64,000 nucleotides of DNA from a virus. Its lineage: Duplodnaviria > Caudoviricetes. Location of the stretch: IMG/VR virus record IMGVR_UViG_2671180868_000001, positions 2,117 to 66,116 of that record. The stretch is one strand, 5' to 3'. Each line of letters starts with the position of its first letter. The stretch's first letter is position 1. The notes beneath the pieces are model-generated. The model worked only from the letters and a program-made list of their open reading frames with translations, ran no database searches and was not told the origin of the DNA. The translations under genes and the position numbers were made by a program. This document shows, piece by piece, positions 59,003-64,000 of the stretch.

Positions 59003-59417
59003 CGCAAATGGCCGTTTAATTTTTTACATAAAATAGCATTTTTTATAATAGATTACATCACCGGAGCAACAAGAAAAAGCTCATAGAGCACCGATTAGTA
59101 TAGACCATACAGCATGTTGAAAATCTGGCGGCTTGGTGGTAATGATTGGTATTCATCGATGATGATAAGGAATAGCTGGCTCATCCGGCATGTATGACAT
59201 ACTGTTTCAGCTAATTTCATGTCTGAGAAATCAGGTGTCTGGGTGCTTTATAAACCTGCTCTTGCTGATCGCTGTAGTCATAACAATCTACCATACTTTC
59301 GCTAGATATCTCGAAGACCATTATCGGGGAAATTAGCTTTAAGAACTATTGTTCGCTACTGCCTCATGGCCGACTGTCAGATCAAGTAGCAATTAACCTA
59401 CATTACAATATTAATAA

Positions 59418-59630
59418 TTATCTGAGGGCGTCATTCACAATGACGAACAGAACCAATAACAGAATAAATCCGATGATCCCTAAGATGATGCTGGTATTAC
59501 TGTCCATGTGCATATTGCCTTTACCTGCAAGCAAGTAAGCAGCGATAACGAAAGGAATGCAGAGAGCAGGGTGGATGGTGATCATTACGGCTGCCAGTAT
59601 TAGGCAGACTATAAACAGTGTCGAAGTCAT
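59418..59630 (-). CDS. Small membrane protein
   Basis: GAGGG SD; highly hydrophobic. Confidence 0.6.
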   Translation of the reverse strand: MTSTLFIVCLILAAVMITIHPALCIPFVIAAYLLAGKGNMHMDSNTSIILGIIGFILLLVLFVIVNDALR

Positions 59631-59793
59631 GTTTCCCTCATTTTAACGCTCGAATTTTTTCCGAGCTTTTTCGAAATATGTGGTAACTATATAATTACAT
59701 TGATCTTTTAAAGACGGTATTAAACGTAGGCTAAAGGTCATAACTCTGATTATCTTATTGTTTTATATAGATAAAATTAAGAATTCTCACCTT

Positions 59794-59820
59794 TAGGAAT
59801 CGTATTCGGTCTTTTTTTAT
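59794..59820 (+). repeat. att core, right junction (probably shared with the P2-like element)
   Basis: Identical to 3008-3034. Confidence 0.95.
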
Positions 59821-59875
59821 TCATCTTTTAAAATCAACTATATACATAAATATCAGTCAGTTACCTCCCATCCTG

Positions 59876-60961
59876 TTACTCTTCATTGCTCGCTATTTCA
59901 TCCGCTATCGCCACTTTGCAGCCACTCTCAAATCGGGCTAATGGGTTGAAGTGAATGGCGTCTTCCAGGTGGTCTGGCGCGAAGTGAGAGTAGCGCATGG
60001 TGACCCGAATATCTGAATGGCCGAGGATGCGTTGCAGCACGATGATATTGCCACCGGCCATCATAAAATGGCTGGCAAAAGTATGGCGGAGAACGTGGGT
60101 CATTTGCCCGACGGGCAGCTCAATCTGTGCTAACCGAATAACCCGATAGAACTGTTTATAACAAGGTTCGAACGGTTTGCCTTTGCGAGCTGCCAGCGCT
60201 TGATACATATCCCCTGATAGGGGAACAGTGCGGTTCTTTTTACCTTTAGTATTAATAAAGGTGATTTTATTGGGGGAAATCTGCGAGGCTTTTATTTTGG
60301 CAATTTCATTCCAGCGGGCACCGGTGGATAAACACAAACGCACGATGAGAGTTAATTCAGGATTGCCGTGCAAATCACAGGCGACTAATAGGCGATCAAT
60401 CTGATCGTCATTCAGCCACGCCATTTCCCGCTCGGGTTGATCGAACTCGCGTATATTGGTCAGTGGGTTAGGGAGGCTCCATTCGCCGAGCCGCGTTAAC
60501 TCGTTAAACACTGCGCGCAAATAAGCCTGTTCACTGTTTACCGTACCGGTGGTAACCATGCGGGTACGCAGGCTGGTGCTGTAGCCGTTATTTATTTCTC
60601 CTCTTAGCCGCTGATCACGATAGTGCGCCCAATCTTTCGGTGTAATATCGGCTGCAATGGGATTGCCCAAGCCCTTACAGATAATCTCCAGTTTAGCCAG
60701 CCGACCCTTTTTATCACTTAAAGAGCAGCCATGCAGTTGGTACCAAAGATCAATCAGCTCCAGCAGTTTGCGGCGATCTTCTTTCTCACCCAACCACGGT
60801 TTATGTCTGGCCTGTTCCATGGTGTAGCTTTCATACGATAGTGCTTCACCTTTGGTAGTGAACTGTTTTCTCACCCGTTTACCCTCGCGTCCTCTCGGGT
60901 AACACTCACATAGCCATTTCCCTGTCGGGAGTTTGCGCACGCTCATTAATCTGATATCCAT
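59876..60961 (-). CDS. int: P2/186-family integrase (start probably at MSVRKL)
   Basis: GKWLCECYP, TGARW, HVLRHTFASHF, ILGH, MRY. Confidence 0.93.
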   Translation of the reverse strand: MDIRLMSVRKLPTGKWLCECYPRGREGKRVRKQFTTKGEALSYESYTMEQARHKPWLGEKEDRRKLLELIDLWYQLHGCSLSDKKGRLAKLEIICKGLGNPIAADITPKDWAHYRDQRLRGEINNGYSTSLRTRMVTTGTVNSEQAYLRAVFNELTRLGEWSLPNPLTNIREFDQPEREMAWLNDDQIDRLLVACDLHGNPELTLIVRLCLSTGARWNEIAKIKASQISPNKITFINTKGKKNRTVPLSGDMYQALAARKGKPFEPCYKQFYRVIRLAQIELPVGQMTHVLRHTFASHFMMAGGNIIVLQRILGHSDIRVTMRYSHFAPDHLEDAIHFNPLARFESGCKVAIADEIASNEE

Positions 60962-61186
60962 ATAAGATTATGGCGCTGTTGTACGGTGTATATAAATTGC
61001 CTTCAACGTATGAGTTGTAAAGGTATAAACATTATAATCATCAATTAATTAAATTCATTTCCTTAGCCGAGGTAAACGGTTGTGGAAGTCTGGTTTTCTT
61101 CAATATTTAGTTTTTAAGTATAATTATTTGCTTTATCTAAGTATTGAAGTTTAATTAATCCACTATATTCTTAAGGAAATAGATAG

Positions 61187-62002
61187 ATGAGTAGTGATAT
61201 GGGATCATTTGGTAGTGCGGCAAGAGATTTATCTAAGAATCCATTGGGTATAATCGCTCTTTTCATTGTTTTAGTTTATGGTTTCGCTTGCCTACTTTTT
61301 GGTTTTTCTACAAAAACGTTACCAACGGAACAACAATGGCTTCTTGTTGGATTCGTTGTCTTTTTTCCCTTGATTGTGTTGATGCTTTTTGGGTGGCTTG
61401 TTTCAAAGCATCATGACAAGTTATATGGTCCTAGTGACTATCGTGATGATACTGCATTTTTAGAGATTTCTTCACGAGCTAAAATACAAGTCCAAGCTCA
61501 GCAAAAGGCAACGAAATTAGAATTTACTTCTTCAATTCATGATAAAAGTGCAGATGTAAGAGACTTACTTGCCTATGGCGAACAATTCAGTTCATCGGTG
61601 GAAAGTGCCACAGAGTCTATTATTGTAGATTTGAAAAAACGAACTCTTAATTATGATTCAGTAACTGAAACAGTGTTGATCAGACAACTTGCGGTTGCTA
61701 GAGTGTTAATATGGTTCGAACAAGTCTATAGAGTTATATTTGGCAGTCAGATATCTTTACTTTTAGAGCTCAAAGAAAAAAGTGAAGGGGAATCATATGA
61801 AAAAATAAAGAAAGTATTTGATGAAAATAAAAAATCATCCAATAACTTATTTGCGGATTGGAATTTCTCGCAATACATTAAATATCTAATCACCCAAGAA
61901 TTGATATTGGTTAAAGATGGTAGTGTGTTTATTACTTCGCGCGGAATAGACTTTCTTAAAATATTAGAGTTATCAAATTATACTACAGATAAATCACTGT
62001 AA
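61187..62002 (+). CDS. AT-rich moron with 2 TM segments and a C-terminal wHTH-like region
   Basis: NPLGIIALFI..., LYGPSDY, FEQVYRVIFGSQ, ITSRGIDFL. Confidence 0.75.
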   Translation: MSSDMGSFGSAARDLSKNPLGIIALFIVLVYGFACLLFGFSTKTLPTEQQWLLVGFVVFFPLIVLMLFGWLVSKHHDKLYGPSDYRDDTAFLEISSRAKIQVQAQQKATKLEFTSSIHDKSADVRDLLAYGEQFSSSVESATESIIVDLKKRTLNYDSVTETVLIRQLAVARVLIWFEQVYRVIFGSQISLLLELKEKSEGESYEKIKKVFDENKKSSNNLFADWNFSQYIKYLITQELILVKDGSVFITSRGIDFLKILELSNYTTDKSL

Positions 62003-62086
62003 CTTTATTAGAAATCACTATTCATCATGAACATAAGTAACTCACATTGAGACTAGTGAGTTACTTTAAAATGAGTATCATTACTC

Positions 62087-62308
62087 TCAATTCGAAAATA
62101 ATGAAGCTTGCTGATATTCATCAGGATGAGGTGGGACAGGTATGATATTACCTGGCGTCATAATAGAACGCTCAATTGTTTCCATTGTGACGAATGTATG
62201 GCCGCAGTTAATATTCTGGCACTGATGGTACCGCTCTTTGGTTCTCTCACTTAGGTAGCGGCTGGATCGGGTGTGGGCGGCGTTGCGGCAAAGTGGACAA
62301 TGCATCAT
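62087..62308 (-). CDS. ogr: Ogr/Delta zinc-finger late activator
   Basis: MMHCPLC...YHQCQNINCGHTF. Confidence 0.93.
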   Translation of the reverse strand: MMHCPLCRNAAHTRSSRYLSERTKERYHQCQNINCGHTFVTMETIERSIMTPGNIIPVPPHPDEYQQASLFSN

Positions 62309-62400
62309 AGATAATTCCTTTATCCCGATATGTTCAGTTTGCTGCATTCTACCAATAAATTCGACAATGCAAATGTTGGATTTGCAAATTCAACTATTTG

Positions 62401-63509
62401 TTACACTGTCACTTGATGGGCTGCGTCCGACAACAGCACCTCCAGCGCGAGCTGGGTGGTGTAGCCGCTGTTGTTCAGGTGGTGCGCTACCTTGCTGATA
62501 ATCCACTTTTGTTGGTCAATGACCGATTTAAAACCGCTGACTATGATAGGAGTTTCAGGGAATAAATCAGCGCGACCCATAACGAGAGTGATGGAAAACT
62601 CCGCCACACCACGTTGCAGCTTTTCCCATTTAGCTTGTGCGGCACGCATGGCGGCTTTTTGTGTGGCATAAACGGTGGTGATAACAAAGACGTTATCACC
62701 AGACCCCGCCAGATAACCCCCGTGTTTTTCTTCCACTGATTTAGTCTTCTGGGGCGCTTTTATTTTAGGATGTTGCAACGCGCGCAGGTGTTTAAACTGA
62801 GGCTTACGCTGCAATTTCACCTTGTTTGGTTTCGGGTTTTTGGTGTGCAGCCAACTGGCGCTGACGCCGGTATATGCGCCCCGATCAGCAATACTAAAGC
62901 TGTGCTGATCGCCATCTTGCCGGATGATGGTCATCTGCGGAATAGGTTTACCGCTGGCGGTAACAGCACCACCCGGTTTGATAAACAGCAGTCGACCCGC
63001 TTTTATGGCAGCTACCGCGCCATTGAGAGAGGCAAGACGGGTGATAAACTTGGCATCAGTTTCCTGAGTTTGGTCGATGTGAGGAATGGTGATATCTGCC
63101 AGCCCCTCGGCCAGCATGGCTTGCAAGTTATTGCGCTCCGCCACCTGTGCCACCACTTTACCCAATGTCGTGTCATGATATGAGACTTCCCGCTGGGCAT
63201 TGAACGAACCGCGAAAATCAGCACTGCGCGCACGAATGGTCAGCGTATCCGGCGCGCCATGGTGCTCGACCTCATCCACGATAAAATCACCTTTACCTAT
63301 CAGCGCCGAGCCTTTCCAGCCCAAGAATACTGACAACACTGCGCCTCGTTCCGGCATGGTAAGCTGGCCGTCAGCGTCATCCAGTTCGATATCAAGTTGG
63401 TCAGCTTCAAAGCCTCGGTTATCAGTCAGGCTCAGGGATAACAAATGGTCACGGATATTCTGGGTGATATCTTGCTGGTTCAGGGTCAGCATAAAGTCCG
63501 GGGCCAGAT
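62401..63509 (-). pseudogene. D: P2 gpD late-control/baseplate protein with its 5' end cut by an IS
   Basis: LTDNRGFEADQLDIELDD...; frame continues (NLAPDF) up to the IS end. Confidence 0.8.
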
Positions 63510-64000
63510 TGTAAGTATCCCAGCTTTAGTTCCACACACTTTTTGAGATTTCCAGTTTTTCACCCATCAGCCGGTACTCTTCCGGCGTCAGGTTATTCAG
63601 GGATTCATGAGGCCGCTCACTGTTATATTCATTCAGCCAGCGTTCCGTTATTTCCCGTGCTTCATTCAGCGTTCTGAACAGATAAAAATCCAGTATTTCG
63701 GTCCGATACGTTCGGTTAAACCGTTCGATAAATGCGTTTTGCGTCGGTTTGCCGAGCTTGATAAATTCCAGCATCACGCCATGGTCTTCAGCCCATTGTG
63801 CCAGCGCCAGTGATATTAGTTCTGGCCCGTTATCCATCCGCATTTTCAGCGGATATCCACGGTTTGCCACTATTCTGTCCAGCACCCGCACAACGCGCTG
63901 CGCCGGGATATTCAGGTCAATTTCGATAGCCAGAGCCTCGCGGTTAAAATCATCCACGACGTTGAAAGTCCGAAAACGTCGGCCACATGTCAGCGCGTCG
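63510..64000 (-). mobile_element. IS3-family element (IS407 group), right end and partial orfB
   Basis: DNGPE, KPTQNAFIERFN, YNSERPHESL; terminal TG at 63510. Confidence 0.9.

Larger units (their letters stand above)
3008..59820. mobile_element. Lambdoid prophage with 933W/phi24B-like podoviral morphogenesis genes
   Basis: Identical 27-bp direct repeats at both ends; full int-to-tail gene order. Confidence 0.95.

Noticed and set aside
59095-59113. LexA-box-like TAGTATAGACCATACAG
   Set aside because: Lacks the CTG half-site and correct spacing

Overview
Enterobacterial (most likely Yersinia) chromosome. Host genes ftnA, yobA-yebZ-yebY and the SdsR (RyeB) sRNA are followed by a ~56.8 kb lambdoid prophage, bounded by an identical 27-bp att repeat (3008-3034 and 59794-59820) at the sdsR 3' end. 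It has lambda-like early control genes (int, xis, exo/bet, N, cI, cro, cII-position gene, O/P-like, Q) and a 933W/phi24B-like short-tailed morphogenesis module without stx. Cargo includes a Pycsar defence operon, three methyltransferase domains, a MazEF-like TA pair and a candidate nuclease defence gene. A rearranged P2-like remnant (int, moron, ogr, gpD cut by an IS3-family element) follows. Top observation: eight early genes (xis, bet, N, cII-like, rdgC, Q and two unknowns) share one 17-nt translation-start motif, CTGAGGACTGACCAATG. An unannotated ~130-nt opposite-strand RNA (12621-12750), with its own promoter and terminator, carries the antisense of this motif and displays UUGGUC in two hairpin loops. 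A second antisense copy lies in the late leader. Together these suggest a multi-target RNA-based control system. Other notable signals: four conserved pR'-like promoters, a spanin frameshift fusion, two MITE-like repeats flanking the capsid genes, and a tail fibre with no tip domain. All family calls were made by eye, without database searches.
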